DNA of 25,090 nt from a virus (lineage: Duplodnaviria; Caudoviricetes), in the IMG/VR virus record IMGVR_UViG_3300049740_000912, positions 1 to 25,090 of that record; one strand, written 5' to 3'. The notes under the pieces were generated by a model, which was not told the DNA's origin, made no database searches, and was given only the letters and a program-made list of their open reading frames with translations. This document shows positions 1 through 8,601 of the stretch, in pieces. The first letter of the stretch is position 1. The number at the start of each line of letters is the position of its first letter. A program made the translations under genes and the position numbers.

Positions 1-795
1 ATTGGTAGATTTTCATTTGCAAATGAATCAACAACATCATCTATTGGTAATTTAACAGTCGGAAGACAGCTAGGAGGTAGTAACTCCTCTTCTACACATG
101 GTTATTATATTGGCGGTTATGTTAGACCAGGATTTGCGACTAGAAATATAATTGATAAGTTTTCCATGGCTTCAACTGGAAATGCTACTGACGTGGGTGA
201 TGATACTGGTACATATTATTATCGTAAAGGCGGTCCATCGGATACTCATGGTTACCATGCTGGAGGTAATTCGCCGGCGCAATCAGACATTATAAGATAT
301 TCATTTTCAACTGATGAAAATGCTTCAGACGTCGGTGATCTTGCTCAGACCACAATCCCCCGCGGTTCATTTACAAGTACAACTCATGGTTATGTTTGTG
401 GCCATGGTATGGATAATCAAGTAGAAAAATTTGCACATTCAACTAGTGTCACTGGAACTTCTGTAGGTGATCTAGACACCTCATCATATGGTGTGGCAAC
501 AAATGATGCAACGGCTGGTTACTTTTCAACTATGTCTGCTGGCAGTAATATCAAAAAACATTTATTTGCAAGTGATGCGTCAGCTTCAACAGCAGGAACT
601 ATTAACTCATCAGGTGGTGGCGTATCAGAAATTGCTGTTAGTAGTTCTACAACTGCTGGATATTACATAGGTGCACAGACTAGTAATTATAAAAGTATAG
701 AAAAATTTGTGTGGGCAAACGAAGGCTCTACATCAGATGTAGGAGATATGGGTGGTGTTACTGGCCTTAACGAAGGCGATGGGCAACAATATTAA
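1..795 (+). CDS. C-terminal part of a Gly/Ser/Thr-rich repeat protein (Kelch-like beta-propeller repeats), probably virion-associated; 5' end lies outside the window
   Basis: Frame 1 is open from base 1 (IGRFSFANESTTSSIGNLTVGRQ...) to TAA at 793-795, so the ATG at 166 is internal. About 6 copies of a ~45-50 aa unit of the form 'S.THGY..GG...I.KF.FA....A.DVGDL'. Confidence 0.7.
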   Translation: MGRFSFANESTTSSIGNLTVGRQLGGSNSSSTHGYYIGGYVRPGFATRNIIDKFSMASTGNATDVGDDTGTYYYRKGGPSDTHGYHAGGNSPAQSDIIRYSFSTDENASDVGDLAQTTIPRGSFTSTTHGYVCGHGMDNQVEKFAHSTSVTGTSVGDLDTSSYGVATNDATAGYFSTMSAGSNIKKHLFASDASASTAGTINSSGGGVSEIAVSSSTTAGYYIGAQTSNYKSIEKFVWANEGSTSDVGDMGGVTGLNEGDGQQY

Positions 796-809
796 AAAGG
801 TAAAAAATT

Positions 810-1124
810 ATGAGTGAACTTACAAAAGACTTAATTCAGAATGCTCTTGATCAAGACTTCAATAAAGCTAATCAAGTGTTTGACACTATGATGAATGACA
901 AGATGGCTGATCTATTAGATCAGGCTAAAGTTGCATTAGCGGGGCAAATGTTCAATGGAGAAGAACCAGAAGACGAACAACTCGATCTCGACTTTGAGTC
1001 AGACGATGATGACAGAGCTGATGAAGAAGCCGATGCCGAAGATAGTGAAGAGTATGAATCTGACGATGAGACAGAGGTCGGCGATGAAGCGGAAGAAGAA
1101 TATGAAGAAGATGTTGACAGCTAA
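810..1124 (+). CDS. Prohead core protein, gp67-like (very acidic)
   Basis: AAGG RBS; helical N-terminus followed by a D/E-rich tail; lies upstream of gp21 where T4-like phages carry gp67. Confidence 0.6.
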   Translation: MSELTKDLIQNALDQDFNKANQVFDTMMNDKMADLLDQAKVALAGQMFNGEEPEDEQLDLDFESDDDDRADEEADAEDSEEYESDDETEVGDEAEEEYEEDVDS

Positions 1125-1153
1125 ATATTAATATGAGTAGAAAATAATAAAAT

Positions 1154-1161
1154 TATAAATA
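1154..1161 (+). promoter_or_regulatory. T4-type late promoter (gp55-dependent) TATAAATA
   Basis: Exact T4 late consensus in the intergenic gap upstream of the gp21-gp22-gp23 operon. Confidence 0.8.
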
Positions 1162-1177
1162 ATAGCAAAGAAGAGTA

Positions 1178-1390
1178 ATGAAAACTTTTTTAGAAATAAG
1201 AGAGGCGCTACGAAAAGGCATGCCGCCTGGTGAGCATGTATTCGATACTAAAGTAAAAGGTATTGAAGTAATGGTGCATAAAGAAAAAGGTAAGTTTACT
1301 ACCTACATTGATAGGGAAAAACTTGACACATATCCTAATCTCAATATTGCTAAAAAAGCTGGTATGGAATACGTTAAACAGGTAAAGTAA
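1178..1390 (+). CDS. Small basic protein in the gp68 (prohead core) position
   Basis: 70 aa, MKTF.E.RE N-terminus typical of T4-like prohead-associated proteins; abuts gp21. Confidence 0.55.
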   Translation: MKTFLEIREALRKGMPPGEHVFDTKVKGIEVMVHKEKGKFTTYIDREKLDTYPNLNIAKKAGMEYVKQVK

Positions 1391-1391
1391 A

Positions 1392-2048
1392 ATGAAACTG
1401 ATTGCAGAATATACCGAAGATAATTTAGAGATTCTTACCGAAGAAAAAAATGGTAAGAAATCATATTCTATTGAAGGTATCTTTATGCAAGCAGAAACAA
1501 AGAATCGTAACGGTCGGATATATCCGCGTGACGTAATGGAATCTGCTGTTGATAAGTACAACACAGAACAAGTCGTTAAAGGTCGTGCGGTTGGTGAATT
1601 AAATCACCCTGAAGGACCGACTGTTAATTTAGATAAAGTTTCTCACAAGATTGAATCCCTCGATTGGAGAGGGAACGATGTTGTGGGCAAGGCACGCATT
1701 TTGAATACTCCTATGGGTGAGATTGTAAAAGGTCTTCTCGAAGGCGGGGTCAATCTGGGTGTTTCGACTCGTGGTATGGGAAGTTTGCAGCAAAGTGGGG
1801 GAGCAATGGTTGTGAAACCAGATTTTCTCCTCAACGCCGTTGATATCGTACAAGATCCATCTGCACCTAGCGCTTTTGTTAATGGAATTATGGAAGGCGT
1901 AGAATGGGTTTGGAACAATGGCATTATCGAAGCTCAAACAATTGAAAAAATGGAGACTGAAATTATCAAAGCTCCACGCGCTGATCTCTATGAGACTCAG
2001 GTTCGTGAGTTTAAGAATTTCCTCTCGTTGGTCAAATCTAAAGTATAA
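1392..2048 (+). CDS. gp21: Prohead core protease
   Basis: IEGIFMQAETKNRNGRIYP, GELNHP and GVSTRGMGSL motifs; synteny with gp22 and gp23. Confidence 0.95.
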   Translation: MKLIAEYTEDNLEILTEEKNGKKSYSIEGIFMQAETKNRNGRIYPRDVMESAVDKYNTEQVVKGRAVGELNHPEGPTVNLDKVSHKIESLDWRGNDVVGKARILNTPMGEIVKGLLEGGVNLGVSTRGMGSLQQSGGAMVVKPDFLLNAVDIVQDPSAPSAFVNGIMEGVEWVWNNGIIEAQTIEKMETEIIKAPRADLYETQVREFKNFLSLVKSKV

Positions 2049-2060
2049 GGAGTCAATTAG

Positions 2061-3113
2061 ATGACTGAAATCAATCAGGAAGTTGAACTCCACGATGATG
2101 ACAACGAAGTCGTGGAAGAAGCTCACGATCCGAAAAACGCTGAAGCACAGTCTATCGCTTCTGTTGATAAAGCAGAAGATGCCGGTAAGACTGCTCCAAA
2201 GCGTAAGGGTGATCAAACAAAACAAGATCCAATGCCTAAAATGCCTGGTACAAAAGCTGGTATGATTAATGTAGCTTATAATAAAATGGCTGGCATGAAA
2301 AAAGAGGATCTGGCTGTCGCACTTAAAAAGTTGATGGCTGAAAGCACAGAAGAAGAAGGTGAATTAGTAGATGCTCCTGAGCTCAACTATGAAGCAGACT
2401 TCTCTGCAGACCTTAATGCATTAGTTAACGAAGAAGCTACTCTCTCAGAGGACTTCAAAGCTAAGGCAGAGGTAATTTTCGAAGCAGCTATCAAGTCAAA
2501 ACTGGCCGAGGAAATTGATCGTCTTGAAGAAAAGTACAACGAAGAACTCGATGCAGAAATCAATTCTACAAAAGAGGACCTCGTAGAGAAAGTAGACAGC
2601 TATCTTAACTACGTAGTTGAAAACTGGATGGAAGACAACAAGTTAGCAATTCAAACTGGTCTCCGTACGGAAATCGCTGAAGGCTTCATGAACAATCTGA
2701 AAGATCTGTTCACAGAGTCATACATCGAAGTTCCTGAGTCCAAGATCGATCTTGTTGACGAACTCGCTGAAACAGTTGAAGAGCTTGAGGAAAAACTCAA
2801 TAGCACAACTGGTAACGCAATCGCAATGGCAGAAGAGTTAGAGTCTTATAAGCGCGATGCAATTATTGCTGAGCATTCAAAAGACCTTGCAGACACTCAA
2901 ATTGCAAAACTTAAGTCTTTAGTAGAAGATGTAGACTTCGACGATGAAGAGACTTTCTCTAAGAAAGTAGCTACTGTCAAAGAATCATACTTTACTAAAG
3001 AGTCAGTAAACGTTGAGACAGCTGATATTGATACAGATGAAAGCGATGATATCGTAGAATCCTCTGGCTCAATGGCACAGTATATCTCTGCTTTAAAAGC
3101 AACACAATCGTAA
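2061..3113 (+). CDS. gp22: Prohead core scaffold protein
   Basis: Acidic coiled-coil; LSEDFKAKAEVIFEAA and VDSYLNYVVENWM motifs; between gp21 and gp23; AAGGAG RBS. Confidence 0.92.
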   Translation: MTEINQEVELHDDDNEVVEEAHDPKNAEAQSIASVDKAEDAGKTAPKRKGDQTKQDPMPKMPGTKAGMINVAYNKMAGMKKEDLAVALKKLMAESTEEEGELVDAPELNYEADFSADLNALVNEEATLSEDFKAKAEVIFEAAIKSKLAEEIDRLEEKYNEELDAEINSTKEDLVEKVDSYLNYVVENWMEDNKLAIQTGLRTEIAEGFMNNLKDLFTESYIEVPESKIDLVDELAETVEELEEKLNSTTGNAIAMAEELESYKRDAIIAEHSKDLADTQIAKLKSLVEDVDFDDEETFSKKVATVKESYFTKESVNVETADIDTDESDDIVESSGSMAQYISALKATQS

Positions 3114-3127
3114 TTTAGGAGTCCAAA

Positions 3128-4459
3128 ATGCAATCTTACGATAAGTTAATGGAAAAATGGGCCCCAGTACTCAACGAAGAGTCTGCAGGCACTATCCAAG
3201 ATAATCACAGAAAAGCAGTAACAGCTGCAATTCTGGAAAACCAAGAAGTTGCTCTTCGTGAAGAGCAAGTAATGAACGAAGCCGCACCAACAATGAACAC
3301 AGGTTCGGGTGTTGCTAACTGGAACCCAGTCTTAATTGCTCTCGTACGTCGTGCTATGCCAAATCTTATGGCATATGACATCTGCGGTGTACAGCCAATG
3401 TCTGGTCCAACAGGCTTAATCTTTGCGATGAAGTCTAAGTATCGTACAACTAAAGCTGGTGTTTCTGATGGTGATGAAGCACTGTTTAACGAAGCAGCAG
3501 TTGGTTTTTCTGGCGATTCAGCTACAACTGGAAACGGTACAGATGGTCCTTCAGGTCTTTCTGGTATCGATTCAGCTGCTCAAGACTCTAACCTTGATGA
3601 TCAGCGTACCGGTCCTTATGCAGGTGATGCATATACAACAGCTGAAGCTGAAGCTCTTGGCGATAATACCGAGGCTTTCGCAGAAATGGGCTTTACCATT
3701 GAGAAAGCAACAGTCACTGCCAAGTCACGTGCACTGAAAGCTGAATATTCTCTGGAACTGGCACAGGATCTTAAAGCTATTCATGGCTTAGATGCTGAAA
3801 CAGAGCTGGCTAATATTCTTTCAACAGAAATCATGGCTGAAATCAACCGTGAAGTTGTTCGCTCAATTAATGCACAAGCCAAGACTGGTGCATTAACATC
3901 TAACACAGCTATCAACGGTATCTTCGACGTACAGACAGATGCAGATGGTCGTTGGTCAGTTGAGAAGTTCAAAGGTCTGATTCTTCAGATCGAGCGTGAG
4001 TGTAACACAATTGCTAAAGAGACACGTAGAGGTAAAGGTAACTTTATGGTCTGCTCGTCTGACGTAGCTTCTGCACTTTCAGCAGCTGGTATGCTGGATT
4101 ATACACCAGCACTTTCTACAAACCTTAACGTTGATGACACAGGCAGCACATTTGCTGGTGTACTTAACGGTCGTACACGAGTCTATATTGACCCGTATGC
4201 AACAGCTAACTATGTAAACGTTGGCTATAAAGGTACTAACCCATATGACGCAGGTCTGTTCTATTGCCCATACGTTCCATTAACAATGGTACGTGCAGTC
4301 GGTGAAGAAACATTCCAGCCGAAAATTGGATTTAAGACTCGCTATGGTATGGTTGCTAACCCATTTGTTGGTGGCACCCCACAAGATAATCTGTCAGCTA
4401 CTGTTAGAAATAACCAGTACTACAGAATTTTCCGTGTCGACAATATCCTCGGCGCTTAA
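3128..4459 (+). CDS. gp23: Major capsid protein
   Basis: LVRRAMPNLMAYDICGVQPMSGPTGLIFAM, KSRALKAEYSLELAQDLKAIHGLDAE and FQPKIGFKTRYG motifs. Confidence 0.98.
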   Translation: MQSYDKLMEKWAPVLNEESAGTIQDNHRKAVTAAILENQEVALREEQVMNEAAPTMNTGSGVANWNPVLIALVRRAMPNLMAYDICGVQPMSGPTGLIFAMKSKYRTTKAGVSDGDEALFNEAAVGFSGDSATTGNGTDGPSGLSGIDSAAQDSNLDDQRTGPYAGDAYTTAEAEALGDNTEAFAEMGFTIEKATVTAKSRALKAEYSLELAQDLKAIHGLDAETELANILSTEIMAEINREVVRSINAQAKTGALTSNTAINGIFDVQTDADGRWSVEKFKGLILQIERECNTIAKETRRGKGNFMVCSSDVASALSAAGMLDYTPALSTNLNVDDTGSTFAGVLNGRTRVYIDPYATANYVNVGYKGTNPYDAGLFYCPYVPLTMVRAVGEETFQPKIGFKTRYGMVANPFVGGTPQDNLSATVRNNQYYRIFRVDNILGA

Positions 4460-4478
4460 TTCTAAAAATAATAAACTT

Positions 4479-4505
4479 AAGAGCAGCTTCGGCTGCTCTT
4501 TTTTT
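4479..4505 (+). terminator. Rho-independent terminator with a cUUCGg tetraloop
   Basis: AAGAGCAGC-TTCG-GCTGCTCTT followed by a T run directly after gp23; UUCG loops are typical of T4-like terminators. Confidence 0.92.
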
Positions 4506-4517
4506 ATGTGAAACTTA

Positions 4518-4525
4518 TATAAATA
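4518..4525 (+). promoter_or_regulatory. T4-type late promoter TATAAATA
   Basis: Exact consensus just after the gp23 terminator, upstream of the small ORF and gp3. Confidence 0.75.
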
Positions 4526-4530
4526 GATGT

Positions 4531-4719
4531 ATGGAAACTTTATGGCATATATTACTTACCGCATGCTTAGGCTCAACTTGTGTAGAACAAGACGTTCAAT
4601 GGTTTGCAACTAAAGAACATTGTGATGAAATGCTAATAGAATATGTGAAGATACCTACTGATGGAGATTGGGATTCTATAGAATACATTTGTAAACCAAT
4701 TGGAAGTAGAGGTACATGA
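4531..4719 (+). CDS. Small Cys-containing hypothetical protein
   Basis: 62 aa ORF with a hydrophobic N-terminus and 4 Cys; fills the gap between the late promoter and gp3; no clear RBS. Confidence 0.55.
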   Translation: METLWHILLTACLGSTCVEQDVQWFATKEHCDEMLIEYVKIPTDGDWDSIEYICKPIGSRGT

Positions 4720-4720
4720 C

Positions 4721-5284
4721 GTGGCAGAATTAACAGATAACTTTAACTATTTACAGCCTACATCATTCAAGATATCGCTTGATCGTAAAAATTATCCGAA
4801 TTTAGAATTTTTCTGTCAAAGCTTTGTACATCCTGGTATGATGCTTAATGCTGTAGAAGTTCCCTATAAGAAATTACAAAATGTCCCGTTTGTTGGAGAT
4901 AAATTAACCTTTAATGAATTACAGGCTAATATTCTATTAGACGAGAATATGAAGTCATATGATGAAATGTATTCTTGGATGCGTAGAATATTAGATCAAG
5001 TAGAAGTACCATCATATCAAGCCGGCATCATGCCGCCAACTACAGCAGATATGACCTTAACTATATTGTCCAGTCATAATAATAAAACTAAACAAGTAAG
5101 ATATATAGATTGTATTCCAACAGCTCTTACTGATATTCAGTTTGAATCAACTGCTGGTGGAGAAACATTTATTACTTTCGGAGCTTCATTTAGATTTTCT
5201 TATTTTGAATTGGTAGGAGCAACATACACGACTAACGTAGATGGTAGTCCATCTATCTCGGTAGTTAAGAATTTGGCAGGATAA
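4721..5284 (+). CDS. gp3: Tail tube terminator / tail completion protein
   Basis: NYLQPTSFK, PNLEFFCQS, LDENMKSYDEMYSWM and DMTLTILSSHNN motifs; gp23-gp3-uvsY-uvsW synteny. Start moved to GTG 4721 behind AGAGGT. Confidence 0.85.
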   Translation: MAELTDNFNYLQPTSFKISLDRKNYPNLEFFCQSFVHPGMMLNAVEVPYKKLQNVPFVGDKLTFNELQANILLDENMKSYDEMYSWMRRILDQVEVPSYQAGIMPPTTADMTLTILSSHNNKTKQVRYIDCIPTALTDIQFESTAGGETFITFGASFRFSYFELVGATYTTNVDGSPSISVVKNLAG

Positions 5285-5308
5285 ATAACATTATATTATG
5301 GAGTAATT

Positions 5309-5755
5309 ATGATTGATTTGAAGAGCATCCACGAAATGTGGGCTAAAGACTGTATTATTGATAATAGTAAATTAGATGAATCTTCTCGGCTAGCACCTAT
5401 GTTGCATGCCAAATATCTAGAAATTTTATCAACCTATAAGCTTCAACTCAAAAAATCTGAGTTTGAGCAAAAGAAACTATTGAAACAAAAATGGCTTTAC
5501 TATAATGGTAAGATGGATCAAGAAACCGTTGAGGCCCTTGGTTGGGAGGCTGATCCTTTTGACGGTCTTAAAATACTTAAAGGTGAGCTGGATTATTATT
5601 ATGATTCAGATCCAGAAATTCAAGAATCAGAATTAAGAATACAATACTATAAAAATGTTATAGATACAGTAACAGAGATAATTAACAACGTTACTTGGCG
5701 ACATCAGACAATTGGAAATATGATTAAGTGGAAACAATTCGAGTCAGGAAATTAA
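5309..5755 (+). CDS. uvsY: Recombination mediator UvsY
   Basis: WAKDCIID...LHAKY...KWLYYNGK...IKWKQFESG pattern; directly upstream of uvsW; GGAG RBS. Confidence 0.88.
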   Translation: MIDLKSIHEMWAKDCIIDNSKLDESSRLAPMLHAKYLEILSTYKLQLKKSEFEQKKLLKQKWLYYNGKMDQETVEALGWEADPFDGLKILKGELDYYYDSDPEIQESELRIQYYKNVIDTVTEIINNVTWRHQTIGNMIKWKQFESGN

Positions 5756-7200
5756 GTCACGCCAACTTATGGATTAATTGTGATAGCGGTACTGCTCAGG
5801 AAATAAACGAGTTTTTTTCGTTTTATGTTCCTGGTTATAAGTTTATGCCGGCATATCGCAATCGTTTATGGGATGGCAAAATACGACTTTTTAATATCAT
5901 GACTGGAGAATTACCTGCAGGTCTAATATATCACTTAAAAGAATTTGCAAGAGATAGACAGTATCTTATTGAGACTGAATCATCTTCTTATGGAGATCCA
6001 TACGAAAGAAATGAAATCAGCCCTCAGGCACTGCTGGACTTCGTTGAGTGTATATCCTTACCCTTTCCGATGCGAGACTATCAGTTTGACTGTGTAGGTG
6101 AAGCTATCACCAGAAAAAGAGCAATTCTTTTATCTCCAACAGGATCAGGGAAAAGTCTTATCATATATGCTCTCCTGAGATGGTATTTAGAAAATTATTC
6201 TAACAATATATTGATTATTGTTCCGACTACATCATTAGTAGAACAGATGTTTAATGATTTTAAAGAATATGGTTATGATTCAGATAATCTAGTACACAGA
6301 ATATATTCAGGTAAAGATAAGAATACGGATAAAAGAATTATCATTAGTACTTGGCAATCTATATACAAGTTACCTAAAGTATGGTTTAAGCAATTTGGTG
6401 CTGTATTTGGTGATGAGTGTCATGGATTTAAATCAAAATCACTTATGTCTATCATGAATAAAGCCGAAGAAGCGGAGTATAGATATGGCACAACAGGAAC
6501 CCTTGATGGAGCTCAAACACATGAGTTGGTCTTACAAGGTTTGTTCGGTAGAACTTATAAGGTTACCACAACAAAAGCATTACAAGATAACAATACTCTC
6601 GCCAAGCTCAACATTAAACGTATCGTACTTAACTATGCAGAGAAAGTACGTAAAGAGTTTGGTAAGAGAACATATCAGGATGAAATCGAGCACATTGTAT
6701 CACATGTGGGCCGGAATAAATTCATTCGGAACTTAGCTCTTGATCAAAAGGGGAATACATTAGTCTTATATAACTATGTTGAAAAACATGGTAAACCTTT
6801 ATTTAATTTAATAGAAGAAAAGGCACAAGAAAATCGTAAAGTGTTTTTCGTGTCCGGTGGTACAGATACCTCGGATCGCGAAGCTATTCGAGGTATCGTT
6901 GAAAAACAAAATGACGCCATTATTGTGGCTTCTCTTGGTACTTTTTCTACTGGCATTAATATTAGAAATTTACACAATATTATATTCGCCTCACCTTCGA
7001 AATCACAAATTCGAGTACTGCAAAGTATCGGTAGAGGATTGCGAAAAAGCGACAATAATAAAGAAACAAATCTATATGACATTATAGATAATATTAGTTG
7101 GAAGAACAGAATTAATTTCGCTCTTGTCCATTCAGAAGAACGCTTAAAAATATACAATACAGAAAAATTCATTCATAAAACCTATAGGGTAGAAATATGA
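5728..7200 (+). CDS. uvsW: SF2 DNA helicase UvsW
   Basis: WDGKIRLF, Walker A SPTGSGKS, DECH box, QSIGRGLR motif VI. Confidence 0.95.
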   Translation: METIRVRKLSHANLWINCDSGTAQEINEFFSFYVPGYKFMPAYRNRLWDGKIRLFNIMTGELPAGLIYHLKEFARDRQYLIETESSSYGDPYERNEISPQALLDFVECISLPFPMRDYQFDCVGEAITRKRAILLSPTGSGKSLIIYALLRWYLENYSNNILIIVPTTSLVEQMFNDFKEYGYDSDNLVHRIYSGKDKNTDKRIIISTWQSIYKLPKVWFKQFGAVFGDECHGFKSKSLMSIMNKAEEAEYRYGTTGTLDGAQTHELVLQGLFGRTYKVTTTKALQDNNTLAKLNIKRIVLNYAEKVRKEFGKRTYQDEIEHIVSHVGRNKFIRNLALDQKGNTLVLYNYVEKHGKPLFNLIEEKAQENRKVFFVSGGTDTSDREAIRGIVEKQNDAIIVASLGTFSTGINIRNLHNIIFASPSKSQIRVLQSIGRGLRKSDNNKETNLYDIIDNISWKNRINFALVHSEERLKIYNTEKFIHKTYRVEI

Positions 7201-7673
7201 CCGGTGAAATAAAGCAGTTTAAACTTACGAATGACGATGAAATTATTTGTGAAGTTGTCGAATGGGATGACGAAGAATCGTCTAATATCATAGTGAGGCG
7301 CGCCTTAAAAATTATAAATGTAGAAGATTTTGCTAAAGGTGTTAGATTTTTTGCCTTTAGACCATGGATGTTATTTAATGATGATCCGGATGAATTGCAA
7401 ACTATTAATTCAGGTCATATCATTGGTGAAATGAATCCTGCTGATAAAGTAATTCACAAATATATGACTAGTGTACTAGCATTGTCAAATGATATACATA
7501 AAAAAGATTTTCCCTTAGATGAAGTTGCAAAGGCCGCAGAAGAATTAGATGAAGACGAATTTGATCAATATATGCATTCACTAAGTTTAGATGAAGAAAT
7601 TACATACGATGATTCTGACGGCCCTTTTTCTGATGGTGATAACATTGTTAAATTCAAGCCTAAGATGCATTAA
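7197..7673 (+). CDS. Conserved T4-like hypothetical protein (Sm-like N-terminal beta domain, acidic tail)
   Basis: ATGA overlap with uvsW; IKQFKLTNDDEIICEV...FRPWM pattern resembles the gene usually found between uvsW and gp55. Confidence 0.7.
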   Translation: MTGEIKQFKLTNDDEIICEVVEWDDEESSNIIVRRALKIINVEDFAKGVRFFAFRPWMLFNDDPDELQTINSGHIIGEMNPADKVIHKYMTSVLALSNDIHKKDFPLDEVAKAAEELDEDEFDQYMHSLSLDEEITYDDSDGPFSDGDNIVKFKPKMH

Positions 7674-7711
7674 AAAATTTGTATACTACCCTCTTCAAAA
7701 AACCATAATTT

Positions 7712-7741
7712 ATTATATACTGTTTGGCAGAAAAGTACACT
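7712..7741 (-). promoter_or_regulatory. Divergent (minus-strand) sigma70-type phage promoter
   Basis: Reverse complement reads AGTGTACT-tttctgccaaacagta-TATAAT (16 nt spacer) and mirrors the + strand promoter at 7774. Confidence 0.5.
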
Positions 7742-7773
7742 GTTAATTTTTCCCCTTAGAGATTTTTAATTTA

Positions 7774-7803
7774 GTGTACTTTTCTACTAATTTGTTGTAT
7801 AAT
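7774..7803 (+). promoter_or_regulatory. Early/middle promoter GTGTACT-N17-TATAAT for gp55
   Basis: -35 box at 7774-7780, -10 box at 7798-7803; same motif repeated across the window. Confidence 0.8.
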
Positions 7804-7825
7804 ATACATAATGAAAGGAAGCGTT

Positions 7826-8419
7826 ATGGCTCGACAAAAAAAACAAAGTATACATTACGTAAACAACGCAGAGTTTTCTCAAGCCGTGGTTGACTATGTT
7901 ACTGTTGTTAATGAATGCCAAAAAAACAACACAGAAATTCCTAAAGTACCAGATTATATAGCTCAGTGTTTTCTTCGGATCTCTGAAGGTTTGTCTCACA
8001 AATCTAATTTTATTCGCTATACATACCGCGAAGAAATGGTAATGGATGCTGTAGAAAATTGTTTAAAGGCCATTCTCAACTATAATTTAGAAGCAGCAAC
8101 TCGAACAGGTAAACCAAACGCGTTTGCATATTTTACTCAAATTACATGGTATGCGTTTTTACGTAGAATCGCAAAAGAGAAAAAACAACAAGACATCAAA
8201 ATGAAATACCTAACTAAATCTGGTATTGAAAACTTTGTTGACAATGAACATGGAGACGACATGACAAATCAAGTTGTCGGTGCTTTTGTTGATAATCTTC
8301 GTGATAGAATTGAAAAGGTAAAACTTCAAGATTTTGAAGTAAAAGAATATGTAAAAGAAGAGAAGAAAAAAAGAAAAGCTAGATCAGTAGATTCAGACTT
8401 AGGTGAGTTTTTAAAATGA
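7826..8419 (+). CDS. gp55: Late-transcription sigma factor
   Basis: HYVNNAEF, NFIRYTYREEMVMDAVENCL and NAFAYFTQITWYAFLRRIAKEKKQ motifs; start at ATG 7826 behind AAAGGAAG. Confidence 0.95.
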   Translation: MARQKKQSIHYVNNAEFSQAVVDYVTVVNECQKNNTEIPKVPDYIAQCFLRISEGLSHKSNFIRYTYREEMVMDAVENCLKAILNYNLEAATRTGKPNAFAYFTQITWYAFLRRIAKEKKQQDIKMKYLTKSGIENFVDNEHGDDMTNQVVGAFVDNLRDRIEKVKLQDFEVKEYVKEEKKKRKARSVDSDLGEFLK

Positions 8420-8601
8420 AAGTATATACAACAACATTAATGGAAGATGGTGAAGACGTAGTCTTTAATTTTCCGGATGAAATATTGTCCGACCTTAAAC
8501 TTAAAGTTGGTGACACCGTTGAATGGGTTATCCACGAAGATTATGTTATTATGAAAAAGGTGGAGCAAGGTTTAGATGCCCAAATTAGCGATTCTGAATG
8601 A
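8416..8601 (+). CDS. AbrB/MazE/SpoVT-like small DNA-binding protein
   Basis: Swapped-hairpin pattern 'DVVFNFPDEILSDLKLKVGDTVEW'; overlaps the gp55 stop and the gp47 start. Confidence 0.65.
   Translation: MKVYTTTLMEDGEDVVFNFPDEILSDLKLKVGDTVEWVIHEDYVIMKKVEQGLDAQISDSE

Noticed and set aside
1-795. CRISPR array or DGR-type nucleotide repeats
   Set aside because: Repetition is at the protein level and degenerate in DNA; no identical spaced repeats or reverse transcriptase seen.
5280-5287. GATAAATA as a late promoter for uvsY
   Set aside because: One mismatch and overlaps the gp3 stop in AT-rich DNA; plausible but too weak to list as a feature.
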